Part shown: positions 13,122-25,359 of the stretch, in pieces | How the letters are laid out: each line of letters begins with the position of its first letter | Position numbering within the stretch: position 1 is the first letter of the stretch | Source: Yuukianura sp. NJ FZ-2021 | Taxonomy: Eukaryota | Reading direction: 5' to 3' | Assembly (NCBI GenBank): GCA_046563655.1 | Contig: CM102289.1 | Location: 5,394,001-5,458,000 of the forward strand | Length of the DNA stretch: 64,000 nt | Translations under genes and position numbers: made by a program | The notes under the pieces: model-generated | What the model was told of the DNA's origin: nothing | Databases searched by the model: none | Seen by the model: the letters and a program-made list of their open reading frames with translations, nothing else

Positions 13122-16100
13122 ATGATTGATACAATTTCTCAATCACAACAGGCAGTAGTTGGGATGCAGAAAACGTATTCGGAGTCTTGTAACGGAGTGA
13201 CCGCGACCTTTACAACGCTGGCGCTCACAAGCCCCGTAAGTGGAACAGAACAGCACTTGATTCGTAGTGTACTTAACGATATCTCTTCTGGGAATAGCAA
13301 ACTTTATCATCCCAGTCCGAATTTCCCGTTTGCAACATGAGTTCTACCCGTCCTCGGATGGGTAGCCAAAAATCTAAAAATAGTGACATTAATATTGCAA
13401 GGAAACGGATTCGGATTGTAATGTTTGAAGTTGGAGTGACTGAAGAACTTGAGCAGTAGTACTGTGAGGACGCCTGTCACGCGACTTTCTCTGTCTCTTT
13501 CGTCCACTTTACCTTAATAACTTCCTTAAAATTTTCATACAGTTTATTAAGAGACTTAGAAATCGATAAAAGTAAAGACCATTGCAGTTGTGGGAAGTGG
13601 ACGGGGGTGGAACACTTATTTAGAGTTAAGTGGTTATTTGTTTTCGTCGTTTTCGGTTATGGCGAAAGAAACCCGTCATTTGCGGATTTACCGAATTGAC
13701 AAAATAACCAATATGACGTGATTCGATTTGTTTACCAACTACTATCTAACACTCAGTTATTACACTTTCCGGGTTTTATGCATTGGGTGGTTTCATATTG
13801 AAAAGAAAATGCGAAATTGACTTTTGTGCTTTTTTCATTTGCAGAGCTTGAACAGATCCAGTGAACCATTCAAAAGTCTCATTGATTCCCGAATGCTCCG
13901 TGGATCCGATACGACTCCAGAAATTGCCAAGTTGGATAACCTGGACGAAGATCCAAGTCTAGCATGGATTAAAGATGGGAAGGTTTACGACAAAGGTTAA
14001 CAACTTTTTTTTATTGCTTAGCTTCCTAAAATGATAACTTCAAAGTTTCAAGGTCGAGGTGTCATACTGTTTAATAGTTTATCTAGAATTTTGTTAATTT
14101 GTTAATTTTTAATTATTGCAGGACCTGATCAGATCCTCCCCTCAACAGCCACTCGATCATGGCATGCGAAGGGAGCAGTCAAACTTAGGATCGAAGGTCG
14201 GGACTTTGCCGATCGGAAGCCCATGTCCGTTCCCACCTTGTTGACACGCTGCGCTGAGAGGTTTCCGGAACGTCCGGGGCTGAAAATCAAACGAGATGGC
14301 GTATGGCAACAATGGACTTTTCGGTAAGTTGTTAGCAGTTCGGAAATCTTATTCGACAATCGTAAAAACTCAACTTTACAAAACGTCTTTTTTCAGGGAG
14401 TATTTACGAGACGTGCGCACAGTCGCAAAGGCATTCATTGCACTGGGACTGGAACAATACCATTCAGTTTGTATTCTCGGCTTTAATTCTCCGGAGTGGT
14501 TCATTTCTGACTATGCAGCCATTTTTTCTGGGTGAGTAAAGTTTGTGTTTGCTCCATTTTTAGTTAATTTAGTGTTTATTGATAAGATGGGAAAATTGGA
14601 AACAAGATGAGTCACCGCAAACTTATCGGAAGTATGTTGAGTGCTATTAGTAATTGTTAATGAGGTAATGTCAATGTGGTTACAGGGGATTTGCCGCCGG
14701 GATTTACACAACGAACTCTCCAGAGTCATGCGCCTATTGTGCAAAGGATAGTGAAGCAAACATTTTTGTCGTTGAAGATGAGAAACAACTGGCGAAAGTA
14801 CTTCAGATCCGTGATCAACTACCGAATCTCAAGGCTATCATCCAGTACACTGGAGAGCCAACAGTCGAGGGTGTCATGAGCTGGCCTCAGCTTATGCTCC
14901 TGGGAAGTCAACAGTCCGATGAGAAACTTGATGCACGATTGCGTGGAATTGCCATCAATCAGTGTTGTACACTGATCTATACTTCAGGAACTACTGGAAA
15001 TCCGAAGGGTGTTATGCTTACACACGATGCGTTGACTTGGATGGCTCATGTCAACGAATATTGGGGCGGATTCCGTCCAGCGTCTGACGAGTTTCAAGAA
15101 GTTGTCATCAGCTTCCTACCTTTGAGTCACGTTGCAGCTCAAATGGCAGACTTGTTCTGTCCACTTACTGTAGGGGGCCTCATTGCCTTTGCTGACAAAG
15201 ATGCTCTCAAAGGCTCGCTTGTTGAAAACATGAAACAGATCCTACCAACGAAATTTTTGGCTGTTCCCCGGGTCTGGGAAAAAATGTACGAGAAGATCAT
15301 GGAAATAGGACGAAGTACAACCGGAATCAAGAAAATGATTGCGACGTGGGCAAAGGGCAAAGGTTTGGAGCATAACATGAAAAAGATGGAGGACGGGTAA
15401 GCTATTTTTTAAAGAATATTTTTATGTCATTTTTTGAACGATTTTTAAAGTGTCTAGCTTAACCTTTGACATTTCTGATTTCAGTGTGGATTATGAGACC
15501 TTGGGATTCAAAATTGCCAACAAACTAGTACTTTCGAAAATCAAGGCCGCTTTGGGCTTATCAGACTGCACTTTGATGCTATCAGGTGCTGCTCCAATTT
15601 CACCAGAAATCCTCAAATTTTTCATGTCTCTCAACGTGCTTGTGGTTGAGGTAAGCCGATGTCGTTTTAGGTTATCTTGTAAGGCTTAATGTGGGAGATA
15701 CTTCCTTGTAATATTGAATCTACTCAACTTTTTACATTTTCTGTCAGGCTTATGGGATGAGCGAATGCAGTGGTCCGCATACCATGGCTACCAGTGACTC
15801 TTTTCGACTCGGAAGTGTTGGGAGGACCCTGATTGGTTGTACCACGAAAATTGTAAATCCGGATGCTGATGGAAATGGTGAAATTGTGATGGGTGGTCGA
15901 CATATCACCATGGGCTACTTGAACCAGAAGGCTCAAACGGAAGAGTCCCTAGAGGAAGACGGGAGTATGCATACGGGTGATGTCGGGAAAGTCGATAAGG
16001 ACGGTTTCCTGTTTATTACGGGCAGACTCAAGGAAATCCTTATTACAGCGGGAGGAGAGAACGTCGCTCCTGTTCCTATTGAAGACAGAATCAAAAGTGA

Positions 16101-16760
16101 GATACCGGCCGTGAGCCAAGCCGTTGTCCTTGGAGACAAGTTGAAATTTCTGTCCGTCCTTCTTACCCTCAAGGTAGGAGATTTGCTCATATCCTGTTTT
16201 GATTTCAGTTCAAAAGTCCAAAGTTCTTGGATGATTTTATAATGTGTCTCTGTTTTTCTAATTTTAGACTGAAGTTGATCTAGATTCGCAAGAGCCATTA
16301 GATAAGTTGGTACGAGCTAGCAAAGACTGGATTGAAAAGAATGGAGAATGTAAAGTAAACACGGTCCAAGATGTACTTGCAGAATTGTACGAGAAGAAAA
16401 ATGAGAAGGTGAGTTCCGTTATGAATAGGTTTACGTTTTTGTTTTTTTTTACTTGAGCACAAAATAACTTTTTCTATTTATCTTTATTCCAGCTTATGGG
16501 AGCTTTCAATGAAGGTATGGGCCGAGTAAATAAACGTGCAGTTTCACAGGCACAGAAAATTCAGAAATTCGTAGTTCTCCCCAATGACTTTTCTATTCCC
16601 GGTGGCGAATTCGGTAAGCTACAAACTAACTCAAACAAAAAATATGCAAAAGTACATGTCAAAATTGGCGTTTTTTCCTCCAGGCCCAACATTGAAGCTG
16701 AAGCGTCACACAGTCTACACCAAGTACCAGAAATATATCGACGAGCTCTACAATTGTTGA
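13122..16760 (+). CDS. ACSBG2: Long/very-long-chain fatty acyl-CoA synthetase, bubblegum (ACSBG) family, copy 1; ~10 coding exons
   Basis: GPDQILP, ILGFNSPEWF, AMP-binding IYTSGTTGNPKGVML, SFLPLSHVAAQ, AVPRVWEK, YGMSE, HTGDVG, ITGRLKEILITAGGENVAP and GGEFGPTLKLKR. The first exons (13122-13235, 13845-13995) splice in frame. The exact start codon is less certain. Confidence 0.92.
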
Positions 16761-18077
16761 TCTAGTACAAATCCAGAATCAAAAATCGAAACGTTTACCT
16801 TAAAATTCTTAGCACCTCTCATATGATACAATACACAACAAACACTGTACGAATACACTTATGGCCATTATGAATATTTCCTTAAAATGTAGTTATTTTG
16901 GTTGTTGTGTTTTGTTGTGCTTGAGATATTTAAATCGGAAATTGTACTAGCCATTTATGTACTAATCCCTGTGTAGAAATCGTCAAGTATTCAAGGCGCC
17001 ATATCTAAATTGTTGTGGTTTAGAACAACTCTTAAGAGTTAGGATGAAACGGGGCTCGTCAATTTGTTACTCTAAAAACTATTAGATATTTACTAGATTG
17101 GTATTTAAGAACAAATGAACTGCGTTCATTTAAAATTACTTTGAGTCACTGCTCTCTTTAACTCAAATTCTAAAATGGTGTTAAAGTTATTGTTTAAGTT
17201 AGTAATTTAGAGGCAGTGCAAGTAAAAGGTCTCACTTACATATTACACAAATTACTAGTAGAAAATGGAAAAAGTAATTCAATGGAATCAAAATCTCAAA
17301 TTCAGAAATAAAAGTGGGCAGTTGCAATTTGCAAATACTGAAATTAGCAGTTTTATTTGTGTTTTAGAAACGTTCCAATCAAACAAAATGTTCTTTGGTT
17401 CCAGAATTCCATTTGAACCTGCGGATAGCAAACTTATTAATTACAGAAAAGTTGTACATGTATATGTAAAATTGGTGCTAAATACCCGTCCGTACCGAGC
17501 AACACTTTCGTTAATATGATCAAAGGAATGTTAATAAATATGCAACACTTTGAAAATTATTGCTAGCGGATTTAGTGGAGTTACCTATCCTAAAATTCCA
17601 GCAAATCAAATGTATTTCCAGCTGTAACCAGAATCCAGGAATCTCCAGTTCCAGCAGATGATAAAGAGGGACGCTTAAATAAGTTGACCTTGAGATAGGA
17701 TTGGTTTACTCAAGGGAGCACAGCACATAAAAATCAAATGATTAGAGTTGCTTTTTGGAATATGGAACATATTTCTATCTTAAAAAATTTAGCGTGACTA
17801 ACTTTTTGGTCAGCAAAAAAACGGAGCTGGAAATAAGAGCCGAGAAAACATTTTATTGGTCTAATTTCGTATTTAATTAAATACTCAACTGAAATGAGGT
17901 AGACAATAAGTTTTTAATTCAGGATTCAAAAAGTTAAGCTATGTTAAGGAATGAATTTCTATAATTTATTATATGGAGTTACACTTTGCAACACTACACT
18001 CGTATACTTATAATACCAACAATATAATACTTACGAAAGGTCACGGTGAAGCGCATAGGTCAGGAGATCAAACAAAT

Positions 18078-19035
18078 CTAAAATTGACAGTGTTGATTGG
18101 CACCATTGCTTCCGCGATCGGTTACGTAGAGTTGCAAAGGATACGCAGCGTTCGGATTTTGTAGTTTCCAGCAATGGTAACACATAGACATCCAGCATCG
18201 ATCCGGGTGTTTATCGGTAGCAAGTACTGATGCAGCATTTTGCTTAGCGGGACGTTTGGGTATGGGCCGAATAATGTTGGCACAAGGCGATGCTGGTCGA
18301 TCATCAAATTGGACTGGGGAATTTGGCGTTTCCGTTTCGGTTTGAGGATTACGAGAGGCAACGATAATATAATCGCCCAGTTCTAATTTACTGTCTGTAA
18401 GATCATCTTTAGCAGGATCATGGACGTCTGTGTCTATGGCAACGGTTGTGGAATCAGTTCTAGCTGCAGGTCCAGCATTATTATTGTCATTGGTATCGTC
18501 CTCATCCGGTTCCAACTTGACCTCAGCCCAAGATTTTATTGCTGACAGTGATAAATCTTCGGAGCTGGCAGCAGCAACTTCCTCCGTAGGCTGCTGCTCA
18601 TCATCTGAAACTTATCCAGAATCAATCCAATTACTTTTTGTCTAATTACTTTTTTTTAGAAACGATTCTGACTTAAATGGTTGATTTACCCTGGACAGCT
18701 CGTCTCAACGGTGGAATTAAACGAGCGTTGGAACGTGTACAACGGGATGACGAAGCGATCCGCTTCTGTTGCCCGCTATTCCGTTTGTTGCTGTTCTTTT
18801 TGTCCGTGATCCGAACACCGTCTTCCAGTTCAAACAGCGGGTCATCTTCACTTTTAATCTGGAAGTTATCATCGACTAAAATCGGTGAAAAGTAGCCTTC
18901 CTGTCGCACCCAGCTGATTTGGACGTCGCCGGGAATCTCCCATGATGGTGGGCATGGCTCAGGGTTTTGAACGACAGTCAAATCGTATTTTTGACGTTTC
19001 AGCAACAATTTCCGACGACGACTAGGACGGCCCAT
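18078..19035 (-). CDS. Hypothetical protein, ~290 aa (exons 19035-18690, 18604-18078); 3' end uncertain
   Basis: Two long ORFs join in frame through a phase-1 GT-AG intron (18689-18605). The product has a basic N-terminus (MGRPSRRRK), an acidic low-complexity middle and a Cys cluster (CWMSMCYHCW). I recognise no family. Confidence 0.5.
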
Positions 19036-19545
19036 TGTTTTTGCCAAAGGCTAAGGTCAAACTGATGTCACAATCTCTGGAATAAGACTCTGAAAAAAAT
19101 TCTTGCAAATAGCTTTCTATAGTGTGTGATATGATGAAGGTCTGGATGGAAAGCAAGACATTCCAAAGAACACTAAATTAGCAAAAATGCAAATGTGAAC
19201 GAAATTACCTATGCTAAAATGTTTGCTAAAATGCAAGGAAATCTAGATAAATTGTGAAAGAACCTTGAGCATATTAGGGACTTAACAGTGAAAAAACTTC
19301 GCAAGGTTAGTGTTACCACTAAAGTGTAGATGCTTCGGAAAATAGTCTATTCTACCTAAGAAAACTTGAAAAATTAAACCTGGTTGCGAATGTTGCTATG
19401 ACGACTGCTAAAATCCGAGAACTTGTTTACATGTCAACAACTTCTGAAAATGTGCTGATTGTTGTTGCAATTCACTGGTTTCAAATTTTATGTTCAAGAA
19501 TATTTCAATTTGCCCAAAATTCAATTTTTATTCCAAATTGTCATC

Positions 19546-22500
19546 ATGATTCGCCACTGTTTTCCAAATTCTTTTTCAAAACTTTCATCTTACGCACATG
19601 GCTGGAGCCGCAGCGCCAGCTCTTTAACAAAATTTCACCCAAATTCAAATTTTTCATCGAAAAAATACAACACCCTTTTGCAAAATTTTCCTCATAAACA
19701 AGTACGAGTTTCCGTTGTTCAAATTTTAAACTTTTGCTTGAGTCATAATCCAATTTCTTGCAGCATGCACGACAAACGATTTGGAGTTCAAGCCAGTTCC
19801 GTCCGTTTGCAAGTTCGACTGTCGCTTGTGCCAAAAAACGTGATCGAGAGAAGGAGCCCAGCTTGGCTTGGATGTATACTGGAAAAGTCTATGACCAAGG
19901 TACTAAAACTTGTCAGATTGCCCGCGAAAATTCTTAGAACATCTTCTTTTGTCTTCGGAACAGGGCCGGATCAAATTTTGCCATCTAAAGCCGTTCGTTC
20001 GTGGCATCGACACGGAGCAGTGAAATTGGAAATCGAAGAAACTGGATTGGCTAGCCTTAAACCGCTTTCTGTTCCAACATTTTTCGACAAAACTGTGATT
20101 TCGTATCCAGACAGACCTGCTCTGACAATTAATCGTGGTGGCGAGGCTGAAACATGGACATATTCGTAAGGCATACACATTTTCCCGCCATTTTGAACTT
20201 GAAAATATTTCGAAAATCTGTCATTATAAAAATTTCCTACTTCAAGTGAGTACATTCTGGACGTTCGGACAGCAGCTAAGGGATTCATCGCCCTAGGACT
20301 CGAGCCGTTTCATGCCGTTTGTATCATGGGATTCAATTCACCTGAATGGTTCATCAGCAACTTTGCGGCAATTTTTGCCGGGTAATTTCAAAAAATTGAA
20401 AACTCAAAAATTCAAAAAATTGCAAGGTTATTGTCACGCTAGTGGCTTGTCTGCTGGAATCTATGCCACAAATACGCCTGAAACCTGTGCCTTCTGTGCG
20501 AACGACAGTGAAGCAAACATTTATGTCGTTGAGGACGAAATTCAACTAGCAAAAATTTTGGCAATTCGTGACAAACTCCCGCATTTGCGCGCCATTATTC
20601 AGTACAGCGGCAACGTACCGCAAGGGGTCAAGGACGTTTACAGTTGGGGCCAACTCATGGAAATCGGCTGGAAGGAATTCGATTCACATTTGGAAGAACG
20701 TTTAGACAGACTTGCAATTAACCAATGCTGTTCACTCATCTACACTTCTGGAACAACCGGGGATCCAAAGGGAGTCATGCTAACGCATGGTAAAATAAAT
20801 AAAGTTTTAAAAAAAAAACTGAAATTTTGAATTGGACAAAATATGTTTTAGACAATTTGACTTGGATGGCTCAAGTGAGTCGAGCTTGGGCCAATTTTGA
20901 AACGCCTACGGATGACGGATTTCAGGAAGTTGTTTTGAGTTTTCTGCCGCTGAGTCACGTGGCGGCGCAAATGGCGGACATCTATTGCGCAACTTCTTGT
21001 GCTGCCTTGGCTGCTTTTGCTGACAAAAATGCACTCAAAGGCACATTGGTCGAAAATTTAAAAAGTTATAAACCAACAAAGTTCATGACGGTTCCACGCG
21101 TGTGGGAAGCAATGCATGAAAAGCTGTCGGAAAAAATCGGAAGCACAACTGGATTTAAAAAAGTCCTAGCAAAGTGGGCTATGCAACAAGCACTGAAGCA
21201 GTGTCGGAAGGCAATGAACGGGTAACTCTTTTTTTAAAAAATTCCAAAAATAACAAACTATCAAAAACTTTTTGAAATTTTTTAGACACAAAAATCCGAA
21301 AACTCCCGGATTTCATCTGGCCAACTACTTGGTTCTGAGCAAAATCCGTACTGCACTGGGACTCGAACGATGTGACTTTTTCCTCTCTGGAGCCGCTCCC
21401 GTGTCACCTCAAATTCTTGAATTTTTCATGTCCATCAACATTCCCGTCACTGAGGTTCATTTTGCAAATTTTCTCTTCGAAATTTCGAGATTTCAAGAAT
21501 GTTTTTTTCAACAATGCTTTTCTTTAAAATTTCAACTGCAGGGTTACGGAATGAGTGAAACCAGTGGACCACACTCTATGGGCCTTCCAGGAATGTCTCG
21601 TCTCCAGTCTGTTGGTCTCACCATGTCAGGATGTCGAACTAAAATTCTGGATCCGGATGCAGATGGAAACGGAGAAATTCTGATGGGCGGAAGACACGTT
21701 ACGATGGGTTACCTCCATCTTCCGGAGGTGACTAAAACTGTGATCGATGATGAGGGTTGGGTACACTCCGAAGATGTCGGAAGAATGGACTCGGATGGCT
21801 TTCTCTACGTCACGGGACGCTTGAAAGATCTACTCATCACCGCAGGCGGAGAAAATGTCGCGCCATTTCCAATTGAAGAGAGACTCAAAAGTGTGATTCC
21901 ACCAGTGAGTCAAGCCGTTGTTCTAGGAGACAAGTTACCATTTGTATCTGCCCTGCTCACTCTCAAGGTTAGTCCAACAGTTCAAAATTTGAAATTCAAA
22001 AAAAAACAACTTTTGTTCAGCTTTTCAAAATTTTTCACTTGAATTTTTGAATCAGACAGTCATTGACCCCGAAACAATGGTACCACAGGATAAACTGCTA
22101 CCGGCGACAAAGGATTGGGTTGAAAAGCATGGCAATTGTAAAGTCGAATATGTTCAAGACGTTATTCGTGAGGTTAAGAACAAGAAAAACTTGAAGGTAG
22201 GCTCTACAATAAGAGAAAGCGTTTTAAACTTTTTTGGAAATGATTTTTAGAAAAATCTTTCGTGATACAGTTTTTTTCTGTTTGATTTTAAATCAAAATT
22301 TTCGACTTTCTTTGACATACTTTAGTTGTGGAGTGCCTTTGATGCTGCAGTGGAGAAAGTCAACGAACGTGCAGTTTCAAAAGCCGCGAGGATCCGAAAG
22401 TGGATTATTCTTCCCACGGACTTTTCAATTCCTGGCGGTGAAATCGGTAAGAGCGTCGTGAGTTGTGTCATTTCAAACGATCATGTGTTTTGGCTTCGTT

Positions 22501-23619
22501 TTTAATATTTATGTCGGTTATTCTTGAATTGAATTTTGGTTTTGTGGGCTCAAGATTTGGAAATTTTGAAATGTCGGGGACTTGACTTCTGAGCTTCATT
22601 TTGTATTCTTGTCTCTACGTTTTTGATTATTTTTTTTTGCTTTCACTCGCCTATCACTCAAAACTTTTTACTATTTCATGAAAACGCGGTGTACCTTGGA
22701 GTAGCGCGAAGCGCCACGACCAGAATTTCAAAGGGATGTTAAAATATGTAACATTAAAATGTCAAAATTATTTAACGTTGATGTGTCTGATCGCGGTCAC
22801 CATGTCTGGGTCAAAGACCTCATTTTTAATTCAATTGAGCCCAGGAGGTCCTGATTTTAACATGAAAAATTTAGCGGACGTAGCGTTGACAAATGTCATT
22901 GACCCCAAACCTAACGCTTGAACATTTACCTGGTACCGGTCACTTTTTTGTTTGTATAGCAACTCCTTAGGGAGACTTGAAACAAAAATGCGGGAGTTTT
23001 TGAAGATGACTTTGAACTTAAAGTGCACACACTTTAGATAAAGGGCCACTTGACTTTCTAACTCTTTTCTGGTTGTCTTTCTGTCCTCTTCATGGACAAC
23101 TTCGTTTGAAGTTTCCCGCCAGTTTGAGTTTGTCAAAATTTTTGGTGTTGACGTTTCCAGAAACTGTTTGGTTTTAATTCTGGCGATAATTTTTGACCTG
23201 TGAAGTAGCTGCTAAAATATTCTGTGCAAAATCCTTTTACTGGAGTTTGCTTGCGAAAACAAACAAAGTTGGACTTTCTGAATCATTAATTTTGTTAAAT
23301 ACTTGCGCAAACTGTACGTAGTTTGCTCTAAAATCCAGCAGAATTTTGTTTATCTTTTTGAACATTGTGGGCAGTTTAATTTCTAAAACCAACAATTTAC
23401 AACCAAAAGAAAGTTAGGAATGGAATCAGGATTCCAAAAGCGCCACGGGCTATCTAATTACATTTAAAGTTAATTTTTAATTTCATTTGCCCATTTGTGG
23501 AAAACTATGTTTAACTTCTTGCGTCTTTTGTTTGCACAGGGCCGACGCTGAAACTGAAACGAAAAGTGGTTTACCAAAAGTATGCGGAAGCCATTGATGA
23601 AATTTACAAGGAAAAGTAG
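19546..23619 (+). CDS. ACSBG2: Bubblegum (ACSBG) family acyl-CoA synthetase, copy 2 (tandem paralogue); ~11 coding exons, last exon 23540-23619
   Basis: Collinear with copy 1: EPSLAWMYTGKVYDQGPDQILP, IYTSGTTGDPKGVML, SFLPLSHVAAQ, YGMSETSGPH, VTGRLKDLLITAGGENVAP and GPTLKLKRKVVYQKY. Exons 19546-19701 and 19764-19899 splice in frame into the exon at 19964. Confidence 0.9.
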
Positions 23620-23913
23620 TGAAAGGTGTGCGGGGTTCAATGTTTCTGAGAAGAATGCAAACGCGGGAAGAAGCCAAAATTTCAAAAAGTTTCTGTAACT
23701 TGCATCATTTTCAATTACTATTAAAATTTCTGTTTTTGTAATTTTCATGAAGCCATATTTGAATAAACAAGAGCTCATAACTTTCTTCAGTTTTACTTCA
23801 AAAATTCATCTTTGGTATTGTATTTACACGAAAGATTGTTGAATCTAAAAGTTTTTTTTTTGGAAAAACTAAATCAAAAACAACGTTTTCTTAAAGATTT
23901 GTAATAATGTATT

Positions 23914-25359
23914 TTACCGCTTTTTCCTTCTGATATAAAGGCAAGTAATTGTGAATATGGCAATGAAAATAAGAAGAACCAAGATTCCAAGAGCAATCAG
24001 AAACGAGGTGAAAAATATTCGATGACTCGGAGATCCGAAACCATCATCGGAGAAACTCGGCTTTTTCGGTGGTTCCTGATTGGTCAGAGTCTTCGGTAGA
24101 ATGAGCACACGCGGTTCACGGCTTGAGCCGGAAAAGCACCCGCGTTTGATCGATCCAATTTCCAGAGTTACTGCCTGAGTGGCTTCAATTGTTTCATTTT
24201 CGGCGCCAGCTTTTAATTTTTGCGGTTGAAAACAGCGCCCTCCTTCTTCAAAATTTGTGTCACTGAAAACTGTCCAATTCGAGTCACCGACAATTACATA
24301 CTTTGCGGTCAAAGTAAAAGTTTCTGGAAGGCGCAGCTCATCACCGTCGGTGAAAATGCTGCGTAGCTTTCCTGCCGTGCCGTTGTTTCGAACTTCATTC
24401 AACTGGAAACTGTCGGTAGATGGCGCCTCGGATGGCAGCGGAGTGGCATCTTGTGAAATACAAAATCTTTAAGTATACTTTACATTGGGAAACTTTTAAG
24501 AATGAAGTTAACCTTCATAATCCGCGACTTCTCCAGTTGGAAGAAATACGGTTGACCTTGAAAGATCATCAGGTGACCTCGGACCACAACCTCTTCTGAG
24601 TGACCCCAAAGTCAAGGTCACGTCTTTGTTGTACACGACAGCATCATAAACTTGATCCCCTCCAGGAAATGCACTGAGGAGACACGAATTGTCTCCACTG
24701 AAATCGGTTTCCGAAAATACCGTCCAGTTGTCTTTTCCGGTAAATCCAAACGACCGAATTTGAAATGGCGCGCTGAGTTGCAATTTGAATCCATCAAAAT
24801 ACAATTCTTCCCGCGTAAAAAAAGAACCAGCGTAGAAACTTATTCCAGTTTGACTCAATTGGCGGTTTCCAATATGACGGACGGATTTGAACTTTTCTGT
24901 TTGCGTATCAGGATTTGTACAAGCACGGTCATCCGGACGGCCACTTGTGTACAAGATGGCTCCAATGTTTAAATAATTTTCGCTATAAAACAATGCCCAT
25001 CTACAAGAATTTAAAACAAACATAAAAAATTATTTTGAAAGTAGTTTTTTTTTGTCGAAATTCTGGAAATAAATTTTGTTATGCAAAAATTCGTTGTCTT
25101 ACAATCCCGCTTGAACACAAATAGATTTGATTTTTCCCTCAAGTGCAATCAAGCTCACTTCACTCAAATTTGGAAAATTTCCAGTCAATGATTCGGATTT
25201 TGGAATTGAAAAATTCCTTGTATTTTCAAAAGTTTCATTTCTTTTGTCCGCTTCAATTGTAACTTGTTGCAAAACACTTTTCACAGAACCGCCAAAACTT
25301 GTCAAGATCAGAGCAGCAATAAATGTCAAAAACTGCCAAAGTTTTGCATTCCACAACAT
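23914..25359 (-). CDS. Predicted type I membrane protein (426 aa) with repeated beta/gamma-crystallin-like motifs; exons 25359-25103, 25000-24513, 24449-23914
   Basis: Three ORFs join in frame through canonical introns (1281 nt including stop). Signal peptide MLWNAKLWQFLTFIAALILTSFG; repeats KSICVQAGLWALFYSENY, RSFGFTGKDNWTVFSETDFSG and YVIVGDSNWTVFSDTNFEEG; C-terminal hydrophobic helix followed by RRKKR*. Confidence 0.8.

Noticed and set aside
19459..20169. 236-aa ORF read as a single protein
   Set aside because: It runs through two introns of ACSBG copy 2, and the true second exon is in another frame.
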